64,000 nucleotides of DNA from assembly GCA_026396065.1 (NCBI GenBank), contig JAPLXO010000006.1, positions 1,525 to 65,524 of the forward strand, written 5' to 3'. The position numbers were made by a program, and so were the translations under genes. Origin of the DNA: Candidatus Nomurabacteria bacterium. Lineage in GTDB: Bacteria; Patescibacteriota; Minisyncoccia; Phycocordibacterales; UBA9973. Below are positions 48,992 to 57,994 of the stretch, piece after piece; position 1 is the stretch's first letter; every line of letters begins with the position of its first letter. A model generated the notes under the pieces. It was not told the DNA's origin. It searched no databases and saw only the letters and a program-made list of their open reading frames with translations.

Positions 48992-50662
48992 CATCGTAGA
49001 AAAAACAGAGTTAAACAGCTCTGTTTTTTCTTTTGAGCTTTTGTACACAACACAGTTTTTAGGTTCGAACTTCATGTTTTCTTCTTTTGCATGTTTGATA
49101 CCTTCAACGAGTTTGTTTACTGCAATACTGTTATGAATACTAAGTATTTCTTCATTCCAAACTAGGTTCGAACCAAGTTCTGATAACATTAATCTTTTTG
49201 TTTTTATTCCTCCAATTTCAAGATTTTCTTTAAGACAAGTAGTTAGATCAACAATTTTATTCATTTTAGAATACCAATCAACAGTTATCTTTTTCTCTGT
49301 GAGAGAATATCTTTTATTTAAAGATTCTAGGTCAGTTTTGTATTCTTCATTTGTAATTTGTTCGTCTCTAAGCATTGCACGAAGTCTTGTTTTTTTAGAT
49401 TCATATTCTAAATTGTCTATGGCTTCTTTTTCTTTTTTAAATACAACTTCATTTATTTCTTTATTTTTTAACTCAGTTATATATTGTCTTGACCAATCTG
49501 CTAATTCTTTAGAAAAGTTTAGATTACTGTCAACAAAACTGATTAATTCTTTAGATATAGTTACATCTGAAATAGAATTATATTTTTCTTTGTTTTTCTT
49601 TTTCTTAACATTATAGTAATAAGTAAAACTAAGATATTTAGGATTTTCTAACTCGGTAATTTTCCTTGCACATTTAGGGCAATGTGTTTTGTCTCTGTAG
49701 GCAAATTTAAATTTACAATCACATATGAGTTGAAACTTCACATCTTGTCCCATAGAGTCTTCTTTATCTGACTTTAAAAAACCTGAAAAAACTGTTTCAT
49801 GATGTTGAATCTTAGGAATGTTTTTACCAGAAAGAATTATTTTTATTTTGTTGTGTTGGTCCTCGGTAATAAGTCTAGGAAGTTTATTATCAAGCTCGTA
49901 TCTTTGTCCTCCTTGGAAGAAAAAACCAGCATATATAGGGTCTTTCAAGATTTCGTATATACGAGAAGGAGTAATTAAAGCCCCGCCAATTCTCTTTCTT
50001 TTTACAGTAGTTAATCTCATTTCTCTAACAGCGTACCTGTATAATTTTCCAGCTGAGTAGGTTCCTGTTAAAAACATATCGAAGAGTTTCTTTAGTGATT
50101 TTATTTTTACCTCATCTACCAACCAATCTCTGTTTCCTTTTTCTTCTGTTTTGTCATTTAAAAATCCTAAAGAAGCACAGCCGTGAGGAATACCCATACG
50201 TGCCTTTTTTTCTTGACCCCTTTTAACATTTATGGAAAGTTCTTTAATAAATTGTTTACCTTGACTGAATTCTATTGAAAGGACCATAACATTATCCCAA
50301 GGATAAAAAACTTTATCATGAGTAATAATTGCTTTTATAAAACCAGAACTCAAAAGATCAATTATCTTACCTCCCTCAGTCATATTTCTAGCTAATCTAT
50401 CAGCTTTCCAACAAACAATTGAATCTATTTCTCCTTTTTTTATCATTGACATCATTCGAGAGAACTCAGGTCTTATGCTTGCTGTTTTAGCTGATTTTGA
50501 TTCTTTAAATACCTCAACAAAAGGAGAAAGTTTATAATACTCTGATATTCTTTTAGCTTCATCAGTTTGAGAGTCAATAGAAAGCATTTGCTTATCTTCA
50601 GACTCTGAAGATTTACGGTTATAATTTCCTGGCTTTAATTGTGTAAAATCTATTGTATTCAT
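48980..50662 (-). CDS. large serine recombinase (phage-type serine integrase)
   Basis: N-terminal resolvase catalytic domain (LSIDSQ serine region, WKADRLARN); recombinase domain; zinc ribbon CDCKF...CPKCARK; C-terminal coiled coil; 560 aa; stop codon lies within the tRNA-Asn 3' end. Confidence 0.85.
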   Translation of the reverse strand: MNTIDFTQLKPGNYNRKSSESEDKQMLSIDSQTDEAKRISEYYKLSPFVEVFKESKSAKTASIRPEFSRMMSMIKKGEIDSIVCWKADRLARNMTEGGKIIDLLSSGFIKAIITHDKVFYPWDNVMVLSIEFSQGKQFIKELSINVKRGQEKKARMGIPHGCASLGFLNDKTEEKGNRDWLVDEVKIKSLKKLFDMFLTGTYSAGKLYRYAVREMRLTTVKRKRIGGALITPSRIYEILKDPIYAGFFFQGGQRYELDNKLPRLITEDQHNKIKIILSGKNIPKIQHHETVFSGFLKSDKEDSMGQDVKFQLICDCKFKFAYRDKTHCPKCARKITELENPKYLSFTYYYNVKKKKNKEKYNSISDVTISKELISFVDSNLNFSKELADWSRQYITELKNKEINEVVFKKEKEAIDNLEYESKKTRLRAMLRDEQITNEEYKTDLESLNKRYSLTEKKITVDWYSKMNKIVDLTTCLKENLEIGGIKTKRLMLSELGSNLVWNEEILSIHNSIAVNKLVEGIKHAKEENMKFEPKNCVVYKSSKEKTELFNSVFSTMLGR

Positions 50663-50853
50663 ATTGTTCTTCTATTTTATCATATTTTAATTTTTAAGTT
50701 TTCAGCCAAAGTATTAAGCAATAAAGATCCAATTTCGTTAATTTCTTGGTCGGAAAGAGAACTTCCAAAAACCTCTCCATATGATTTTTGGAGTGCAATT
50801 CTTAGATCTATTATTGCTTGTTTACTTAGCTGGAGAGGCATAAAGAATTTTAA

Positions 50854-53379
50854 TTAACTAGTAATTTCTTCATCCTCTTCGTCATCATCGATAGCGGCAC
50901 TTGTTCCTTCAATAACGCTTTTTAATAGGGACAGAGACTCCTTAGGGGGTACAGGGGCATTTAAAATGTTTGCAAATTCTTCAACCAAGAAATATAAGTA
51001 TGGGGCTTTTCCTGACTTATATGTCTCTAAATCTTTATAACAATCAAGTATTCCAAGTGCTTCTAATTCTTTTAGTGTTCTACGAATAGTTTTTGAAGAT
51101 TTTTTTATCTCTTTAGCAAGATCTGATGCTGAAAGACCACATTTAACTGTAAGTACTTTTAAAACTTCTGCTCGATCAACAGGCATAGTTGATAAAATAA
51201 CAGGTTTGATTGTTTTTATTTCTTCTTCAGTTATATTTTGTTGTCCATTTATAAAACACAATATTCGAAGTAAGGATTTTAATTGATTTAAAATTCTCCA
51301 AGGATGCTCTACTTGCCAGTCTTTTATTTCATAGAATTCAATTTTTTGACCCTTTTCATTTTCAAAAGTTGATTTACTGGTAATAGCAATACCACGAGCC
51401 TTACAAATAAACTGCGCAACGGAATTAATTTTATTTTGAATTTCTTTTGTTTCTGGTAGATTTTTATGTTCTTCAATCTTTTTAACTAATTGTGTTGCAT
51501 ATGAAGAAATAAGATGTCGAGTTTTTAAAACCTTTTCTTTTCGATTTGGCTCATTCCACGACTTATCAAATCCTACTGCCATTTCTTTTTCAGTTAAATC
51601 TGAAAGGCGTAAAAATAAGAATCGAGGACCAAGTTGTGTAGCGTAATTATAGTGTTTAATTAAAATAGAAGGAGTAATACATCCAATCATAGAAAAAAGA
51701 GAATGATATTCAACAAGACCTCTCGTTGCTGTGAATTTTTGGAACTTCCCGTCAAAAATACTAGTAAGATCTCCTAGAATCTTTTTTACCATTTCTTCAT
51801 TCATTGAAAACAAAGTGTTTAAGTCTTTTATGATAAAAGACTTATTATCAAGTAAAGGAAGTAAGTCTTGTGTTTCTGAACCGTCTGGAGGTACATATCC
51901 AGAACAAAAAGCATTTTCTGTAAGAGTATCTAATGTATAAACATCATCCATATCACTATAGAGTCCAACCAATTCAGTTTTAAAAGAAGATGGCACTCCT
52001 ATAAGAAATAACCAAAGTGGAGAACTAAGGCGCAACTGAGCTGATATTATTACTGCAGTTACTATTTTTAATGTTTCTTTATTTACTATCCCTATTTCCA
52101 ATACAGCATCATATGCCTCCTGGAAGTCTATGTCCCTATTAAGAATTAATGGTATTTTCTCTTCTTCTTTTTTTGCCTTTAATTGTGCTTGAAAAGATTT
52201 TATTCTTAAACTATTTACATAAGGAATATATTTTTTGGCATCTTCTTTTGTAATACCAAAATACTCTTTAATGTTGTGTCCAATAAAGATTTCTGCTGTT
52301 ATTTTATTAATCTCAATGAGTTTATTAAAAACAGGGCTAAGTACCTCCATTAATTTTAACTTTGGTGTATCTGACGGTATTTGTTTTAATATTTCCTCTA
52401 TTTGTTCTATTGAGACTGATTCTTCTTCTTTTTTAGAGATATCTTCCGGGTACATTTTTATAACAGCTTTTGCTGCGGCTTTAAAGTCCCCACTATGATT
52501 TAAAAAAGTAAATGTAGTAAATTTAGAATAACCTTTATTGGCTTGAAAAGGATGAGCGGATGTAGAAAATACATAAAACATAGAAATATCTCCATGATCT
52601 GTTGTAGCTGATATTCCTTGACCTTTTTCTTTGCCAGGTCTACGCCAATAGTTTTTACCTTCTTCTATCCATCCGTGTGGTTCTAATATCTCGTTCCAAG
52701 TAGCTTTCTTGTTAAATTTATCACCAGGACGATTCCCTGAAAGTGGCTCTCCTTGTTTCCACTCATATTCAGTTGCAGGTTCATCTTCAACTTCATTAAA
52801 GACTCTTAATAGATCAATTAATTCTTCGTGTATCTCGTCTGGTATTATAGGTAAATCTAAAAGACTTCCTTGTATAGTTGTATAACCACTTGAAGGTGGA
52901 ATAAGAGCATACCCACCATTGGCTTTTGTTTCTGCTGTTGTTACAATAATTCCTTTATTTTCTTTTTCATTAAATTCCACTCGTCGAGCAAGTTTTACTG
53001 TTGGCTGTGTTGTTTCTGTTCTATAACGTAAGTGAGTTCCTTTGTTTCTAGTAGTATTCTTGTGACACAAATCAACAAACTTTTTTTGTTCGTCTGAAAG
53101 CTTGTTATACCAGAGATCATACAATCCTGTATAATGCTTTTCGTCAAAATCCAAAGTGACTAGATTGTCGGAAACTTTACCTCCAGCAATAGCCCAAGAA
53201 GTAACACCTGCTTCAACCCATTTTTTAGCTTCTTCTTCTGTAGCTTTTGTGTATAAAAATTCATGTTCGTGATCTTTACTAAGACACACTGAATGTGGTC
53301 TCTTATCTCCTTCAGTAATTGGTATCACTGAAAGATTTGAATTAACTAATTTTATAATATATTCGTTTTGATTTTCCAT
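50854..53379 (-). CDS. replication protein: N-terminal bifunctional primase-polymerase (Prim-Pol) domain, helicase/DUF-like C-terminal region, wHTH near C-terminus
   Basis: NLVTLDFDEKHY and TRNKGTHLRYR (Prim-Pol core); RPGDKFNKKATWNEILEPHGW...WRRPGKEKGQGISATTDH (phage/plasmid primase region); 841 aa. Confidence 0.7.
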   Translation of the reverse strand: MENQNEYIIKLVNSNLSVIPITEGDKRPHSVCLSKDHEHEFLYTKATEEEAKKWVEAGVTSWAIAGGKVSDNLVTLDFDEKHYTGLYDLWYNKLSDEQKKFVDLCHKNTTRNKGTHLRYRTETTQPTVKLARRVEFNEKENKGIIVTTAETKANGGYALIPPSSGYTTIQGSLLDLPIIPDEIHEELIDLLRVFNEVEDEPATEYEWKQGEPLSGNRPGDKFNKKATWNEILEPHGWIEEGKNYWRRPGKEKGQGISATTDHGDISMFYVFSTSAHPFQANKGYSKFTTFTFLNHSGDFKAAAKAVIKMYPEDISKKEEESVSIEQIEEILKQIPSDTPKLKLMEVLSPVFNKLIEINKITAEIFIGHNIKEYFGITKEDAKKYIPYVNSLRIKSFQAQLKAKKEEEKIPLILNRDIDFQEAYDAVLEIGIVNKETLKIVTAVIISAQLRLSSPLWLFLIGVPSSFKTELVGLYSDMDDVYTLDTLTENAFCSGYVPPDGSETQDLLPLLDNKSFIIKDLNTLFSMNEEMVKKILGDLTSIFDGKFQKFTATRGLVEYHSLFSMIGCITPSILIKHYNYATQLGPRFLFLRLSDLTEKEMAVGFDKSWNEPNRKEKVLKTRHLISSYATQLVKKIEEHKNLPETKEIQNKINSVAQFICKARGIAITSKSTFENEKGQKIEFYEIKDWQVEHPWRILNQLKSLLRILCFINGQQNITEEEIKTIKPVILSTMPVDRAEVLKVLTVKCGLSASDLAKEIKKSSKTIRRTLKELEALGILDCYKDLETYKSGKAPYLYFLVEEFANILNAPVPPKESLSLLKSVIEGTSAAIDDDEEDEEITS

Positions 53380-53380
53380 A

Positions 53381-53450
53381 CCTGTTTGCTGTCTCTCATG
53401 ACGACCTCGGATAGCAAACAGGTGAGTTTTTATCCGAAGTCATCATGAAA
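53381..53450 (+). promoter_or_regulatory. overlapping inverted repeats with plus-strand terminator-like hairpin abutting the replication-gene start
   Basis: CCTGTTTGCT(53381-90)/AGCAAACAGG(53414-23) then TGAGTTTTT; alternative stems CGGATA/TATCCG and TCATGACGAC/GTCATCATGA. Confidence 0.4.
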
Positions 53451-53601
53451 AACAAATTAAATTTTTAAGCTTCTTCTGTGAAAGAATTACTTTTAATTTT
53501 AAACTTTAGGAAAATCATAAAAATATTACACTTTGTGACAAATAAAAAAATACCCCTATTTTGCAGAGTATTTTTAAGTAAACAAAATCAATATTCCCAG
53601 T

Positions 53602-54411
53602 TTATTTCTTTTTTGTGAATTGAATCATAAACCTAGGATTTAAATGATAGCCACGTTTGGGTTCATTTTTTATAAAATCATCAATGCTTGTTTTTCCTTT
53701 CACTATTAACTTTTTAATTTCGTTATTTATTGAGCTAATTCTGTTTTTTATATTTCCCATAGATGTAGCAAACTCTTTTGCTAGTATTTCTTTTTTGAAA
53801 CAATAATCCTTATCTTTCATATATTTGTAATATAAAAAGTGTATGATCTGTTTATCGGTGTTGTTAATTTTTTGTGATTTTTTTTTCTTATAGACAAGGT
53901 AATTGCCTTGTATTTTAATATCTAACGTTCTTAAATCTATTTCCTCTGTCATTTCAACCTCTTTAGTTCTATCGGAATCATTCCCTAGTAAATACTCTTC
54001 CATTGATTTACGTAAAATATCGTATTTTTCTTCTGTGTTTTCAAGTAGAGTATTTAGCTTATTTTTAAACTTCTTCCAAAGTTCTAAATTGTTCACTCGG
54101 ACATCTGGATGTAAAACTAAAAAATGATGTTTTGGGTTTACACGGAAAAAACATTCCACTATAAAAGTGTCTAGTTTATCGATCTCTTTATAAAATTTTA
54201 AGTGACCTGACATAAGATTTTTATCGTTGAAAGATAATCCGAATTTCCTTACATATTTTAAATATTCTCTTAAATAAATTAAATCATCTCCCTTTATCAT
54301 GTTTTGGTCTAGTGACGGAAATATACTTTCAGCTAATGTGTCTGGAAATAAAGCAAGAAATTTATTTATTTTTTCTTCATCTTTTTTCATACTATAAATT
54401 AAGTATATCAA
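53602..54411 (-). CDS. putative transcriptional regulator with C-terminal OmpR/PhoB-type winged helix
   Basis: C-terminal 80 aa (KQIIHFLYYKYM...ILAKEF...NIKNRISSINNEIKKL...KRGYHLN) fits the trans_reg_C pattern. Confidence 0.4.
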   Translation of the reverse strand: MIYLIYSMKKDEEKINKFLALFPDTLAESIFPSLDQNMIKGDDLIYLREYLKYVRKFGLSFNDKNLMSGHLKFYKEIDKLDTFIVECFFRVNPKHHFLVLHPDVRVNNLELWKKFKNKLNTLLENTEEKYDILRKSMEEYLLGNDSDRTKEVEMTEEIDLRTLDIKIQGNYLVYKKKKSQKINNTDKQIIHFLYYKYMKDKDYCFKKEILAKEFATSMGNIKNRISSINNEIKKLIVKGKTSIDDFIKNEPKRGYHLNPRFMIQFTKKK

Positions 54412-54522
54412 AAAAGAAGACTTTTAATCAATTTTCACAGTTTTAAAGGTAAGAGAATATTAAAAAATATCGATGTCCTTCCTTCACCCTCCCATCTAAA
54501 TGCTACTTTTCTAATATTTATA

Positions 54523-55257
54523 CTAAATATACTTACTTCGTTGTCTATTCCAATTAGAGATGATCTCTCTTTTACTGTTCCTATTCTCATGCTTTCTACG
54601 AATAGTATTAGCCTTATACTTCAGCCTTTCGATCCTAATAGCTCTTTTGGTAAGCATTCCCTTGTATAACGGCCTTTTGGTGCTCAAAATAGCATTTCTT
54701 AGCTTATTATTCAAATCCATTTCCTTTCCTAATTGGTCCACTTTGTTGTTCCTATTGAAATTAGATACCTTATATCTCAAATGCAAACATGATTTACATT
54801 TAAACTCTGTTCCATTAGAAGGAAGGAATAACTTCGCCGCCCTATAACCGCATTCACATCTAAAGAGTGTTCTTTCGCCATAGCGTAAATATACAGTAGT
54901 CAGCACTATTCTTTGTGGTTCATTATTCACTACACTTACAGTTAAAAACGTGTCAGCCTCGTATTCAGGCCAAAAGTAGACTACTGATCCCTTGTTAGTC
55001 GTAAACATATCATTTATATATTCCTTTTTACGTATTTGAGCAAAGACCCCCTTAAGCTTTTTAGAGTCTAGTATTACACAATCTTCAACGAATATTTTGT
55101 TACTTGTTGTCGGCATTATATGTGTATTATCCCATAAGTCTTTAGATTGGACCAAAATATTGAATTTTTTTAGAAAAAATTTTAGAGGGTCAACGATTTT
55201 TAAAAGGAGAATAATTCCAAATATTGGTTTTTCTTCCCAGCTAGCGATAGGTATCAT
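54523..55257 (-). CDS. hypothetical protein with Cys4 zinc-ribbon-like motif
   Basis: CECGYRAAKLF...CKSCLHLRY; basic C-terminus. Confidence 0.35.
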   Translation of the reverse strand: MIPIASWEEKPIFGIILLLKIVDPLKFFLKKFNILVQSKDLWDNTHIMPTTSNKIFVEDCVILDSKKLKGVFAQIRKKEYINDMFTTNKGSVVYFWPEYEADTFLTVSVVNNEPQRIVLTTVYLRYGERTLFRCECGYRAAKLFLPSNGTEFKCKSCLHLRYKVSNFNRNNKVDQLGKEMDLNNKLRNAILSTKRPLYKGMLTKRAIRIERLKYKANTIRRKHENRNSKREIISNWNRQRSKYI

Positions 55258-55553
55258 ACCCTAGATGGTACCTTGACTGACCTGTATTAAAAGGAACAAC
55301 CCCCCAATACCCCATATACCCACTTGTCACTTACTTCATTATCATACCAACCCAACACTAGTCATTAGTTTATTGTTATTAATATAGCCGTCATGTATAT
55401 ATAAATATTACAGTCATACTATCTAACATTATTACTACTTACTTTACTTAATTACAAAGAAAACTATTTTTTAGGATTGAAATTATACATCAATCCTTTT
55501 TAGCTTATCTAGTCCATAAGCTTTTTATTATTAACCATTATTAATTAAATCAA

Positions 55554-55871
55554 ATGCAAAGCGTAAAAGAATTTATGGAAGCCCCTGTGTCCTCATTTAC
55601 AGGATCTGAAGTAACAAAAAAGCTAATGGAAGAAGCTATTATTTCTCGATACGGAAGAGCAGAATTAAAAAATTTGGACTGCTACCATACCATGAGAACA
55701 TTCCATTCCTGGGTGAAGTTAGGTTTTAAGGTTCGTAAAGGAGAAAAAGCATTTAAATCAATTACATATATCGAGGTAAAAGATAGTGCTGGAAATGTGA
55801 TAAGGAAGATAAAGAGACCTTGCTTTCTATTTTATTACAAACAAATCGAGCCGATTTCTAAAACTGTATGA
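55554..55871 (+). CDS. hypothetical protein
   Basis: 105 aa; first gene of a 4-gene plus-strand operon with 4-nt overlaps. Confidence 0.35.
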   Translation: MQSVKEFMEAPVSSFTGSEVTKKLMEEAIISRYGRAELKNLDCYHTMRTFHSWVKLGFKVRKGEKAFKSITYIEVKDSAGNVIRKIKRPCFLFYYKQIEPISKTV

Positions 55872-56050
55872 AAACTCAAATGACAATTTCTTCTCAATAC
55901 AGAGAAAGAAAATCAAGAGACTTAGATATAGTTCCAAAGCTTGTTATAGCTAACCACTTTTTGAAAAATATCAGTGGTCTTTCGGTCTCAGATAGAATTA
56001 CAGTCGAGTATCTAAAGGAGGGTCAGATCATTATTACTAAATTAACATAA
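55868..56050 (+). CDS. small hypothetical protein (possible AbrB/MazE-like swapped-hairpin)
   Basis: 60 aa; PKLVIANHFLKNISGLSVSDRITVEYLKEGQIIITK resembles a SpoVT/AbrB-type domain; weak. Confidence 0.3.
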   Translation: MKTQMTISSQYRERKSRDLDIVPKLVIANHFLKNISGLSVSDRITVEYLKEGQIIITKLT

Positions 56051-56054
56051 ACAT

Positions 56055-56600
56055 ATGATAGATAATTATAAAAACAGTGTTCCTTCGCCTTATGGTAAAA
56101 CACAGGAGAAGAAAAGTCCTATACAAGAAGAATTAGATAAAAGTATTGGCACATTCAATCTTACAGCTATAGTAAAAGAAGATACTGACACGGCCAGTCA
56201 GCTTAGTCACATACCTGGACTAATCTCATTAATCTGTACACTTAAGCTTGGAGATAAAGTAATAGGTATTGGTAGAGGTAGTGCAACATTAAACCGCATG
56301 AATCGAGTTGTAGAGCGTGGAGTGAGATATAGCTTTGGCAATGCTTTAGTTGATGCAGTGGTCCGAGGAGTTAAAAACCTTGACACTTTATATTTCCAGT
56401 CAACTAATCAAGGAGAAAATAATTTTACTTCAAGTGGTGTTCTAGAAGACGAGCCAGCCTCTGATAAACAGAAGTCGTATTTACAGAAACTCATAACCCT
56501 AAACATTACAGATATAAAAGAACGTAATAAGTGGGAATTGGAACTCAATCAGCTAACGAAGAATCAAGCTTCAGACAAAATCAAAGCTCTTATTAATTAA
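56055..56600 (+). CDS. hypothetical protein
   Basis: 181 aa; no recognisable motif. Confidence 0.35.
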   Translation: MIDNYKNSVPSPYGKTQEKKSPIQEELDKSIGTFNLTAIVKEDTDTASQLSHIPGLISLICTLKLGDKVIGIGRGSATLNRMNRVVERGVRYSFGNALVDAVVRGVKNLDTLYFQSTNQGENNFTSSGVLEDEPASDKQKSYLQKLITLNITDIKERNKWELELNQLTKNQASDKIKALIN

Positions 56601-56610
56601 AATAATCATT

Positions 56611-56844
56611 ATGAATACAGTTATAAAAAATCGTGATAGATCTATTCGAGATTATAATTTCTTTATGGAAGATACTGATGAGCCAGGAATGGCTACAAGT
56701 ACACAAAAACGTACTCTCAAAGATTTAATAGTTCAAAATATCGACGATAGTGAAAAACAAGAGATATGCATTAACCAAATTCGAGATATTTCGCAAGACG
56801 AAGCATCTTTGTGGATAAGGGAGATGGAAAACGGTCTTTGGTAG
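56611..56844 (+). CDS. hypothetical protein
   Basis: 77 aa acidic protein. Confidence 0.3.
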   Translation: MNTVIKNRDRSIRDYNFFMEDTDEPGMATSTQKRTLKDLIVQNIDDSEKQEICINQIRDISQDEASLWIREMENGLW

Positions 56845-56846
56845 TT

Positions 56847-56899
56847 AAAAGGAAGGAAGTAATGCTAGGTACTTAGCAAAACTACCTTCCTTTTTTATT
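56847..56899 (+). terminator. rho-independent terminator of the 55554-56844 operon
   Basis: Perfect 10-bp stem AAAAGGAAGG/CCTTCCTTTT plus T-run. Confidence 0.65.
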
Positions 56900-56925
56900 T
56901 GGTCCTAAAATGCTATGCTTTAGGA

Positions 56926-57060
56926 GTACCCGCATTAAATAATGTCAGTTAAAAGTCCCTTAAATAGGGCTGAGTTTCCATTTGTGTACTGAAAGGGCAA
57001 CCTTGATGCGCATAAGTGGAAGCTTCGGCTGACATTAATGCGGGTACCATCAGGTTGCCC
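56926..57060. other. complex interleaved inverted-repeat structure (candidate ori/att site or structured RNA)
   Basis: IR1 GTACCCGCATTAA(ataa)TGTCAG (56926-48) / CTGACATTAATGCGGGTAC (57029-47); IR2 GGGCAACCTTGATG (56995-57008) / CATCAGGTTGCCC (57048-60), interleaved with IR1. Confidence 0.5.
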
Positions 57061-57104
57061 TTTTCTATGTTATCTGATGATTATTATTTTAACTAATAAT
57101 TTTC

Positions 57105-57989
57105 ATGAAAAAAAAACAATTACCGTTAGTTATTGTTATTGTTTTATTAGTTGTTCCACTAGTTGCTATAAGTGCATGGTGGAATCCTTTTCATTGGTTC
57201 AAGAAAAAAGAGATTCAAACTCCAGTAGTTCAGACCTTGGTCCCTATTGTTGTAAACGATAAGACCGTTTTAACTTCAAAAGAAAGTTCTACTATTCAGA
57301 CTGACTCAACTTTAGATTACACAACAACTACTGCATTTAAAAATTCTGTCTTTGCAGATCCTGGTATATTTCCTTTACTTGATACTACAATATATCTTTC
57401 TGGTGATGAAAGTGTTGTTAGGTCACGAGATGGACAGATAATACTACCAGTAAAATATGATTACAACCAATCAATCACAGCAATAGATACATTCTTACTA
57501 AATCAAACACTAGAGACTTTTAAAACATTTTGCAATAAAGCAAAAGAGTTACCTAGTATAGGTCAGAAGAAAGTTCTTAATGATACAAAGACGGATTTTA
57601 TTATGAAAGATAATACTTTGTATGACGATTATAATTTAGGAAAGTTATGTACTATCGCTCTTGGTCAAGATAAAAATTCATCTTATTATAAATGGACAAC
57701 ATATAGCCCCTCTTATTTTGTTACTTTTGATAATCCTAATGAGTCAGACAAAGCTAGAACACTTAAAATAAATTACAATGCTTTTTGGAAAAGTTTATCA
57801 GATTACAAATTAATAGGATTTGATATTTGGCAAAATAAAGATGCGGTTACCCCTAATCAAGTAATAGATAAAATGGTTAGTGTTAATAATGAGGCGTTAT
57901 TTTTTACCACTTTTAATAATGGCTTCTTTCTTGTGCCAGAAAAAATATTATCAAGTATCGAAGGACAGCTTAAGGTACATAATAAATAA
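57105..57989 (+). CDS. hypothetical secreted/membrane-anchored protein
   Basis: 294 aa, N-terminal signal-anchor. Confidence 0.4.
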   Translation: MKKKQLPLVIVIVLLVVPLVAISAWWNPFHWFKKKEIQTPVVQTLVPIVVNDKTVLTSKESSTIQTDSTLDYTTTTAFKNSVFADPGIFPLLDTTIYLSGDESVVRSRDGQIILPVKYDYNQSITAIDTFLLNQTLETFKTFCNKAKELPSIGQKKVLNDTKTDFIMKDNTLYDDYNLGKLCTIALGQDKNSSYYKWTTYSPSYFVTFDNPNESDKARTLKINYNAFWKSLSDYKLIGFDIWQNKDAVTPNQVIDKMVSVNNEALFFTTFNNGFFLVPEKILSSIEGQLKVHNK

Positions 57990-57994
57990 AATAT

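Larger units (their letters stand above)
48920..57060. mobile_element. putative integrated element at tRNA-Asn (serine integrase + Prim-Pol replication module); right boundary uncertain, may extend past 59910 or 64000
   Basis: The integrase gene overlaps the tRNA 3' end; it is followed by replication, regulator and small unknown genes, structured intergenic regions and secreted-protein cargo. Confidence 0.5.

Noticed and set aside
48980-50662. Serine recombinase as a small transposon resolvase or invertase
   Set aside because: At 560 aa with a C-terminal recombinase domain, zinc ribbon and coiled coil it is a large serine recombinase (integrase type), not a ~200-aa resolvase
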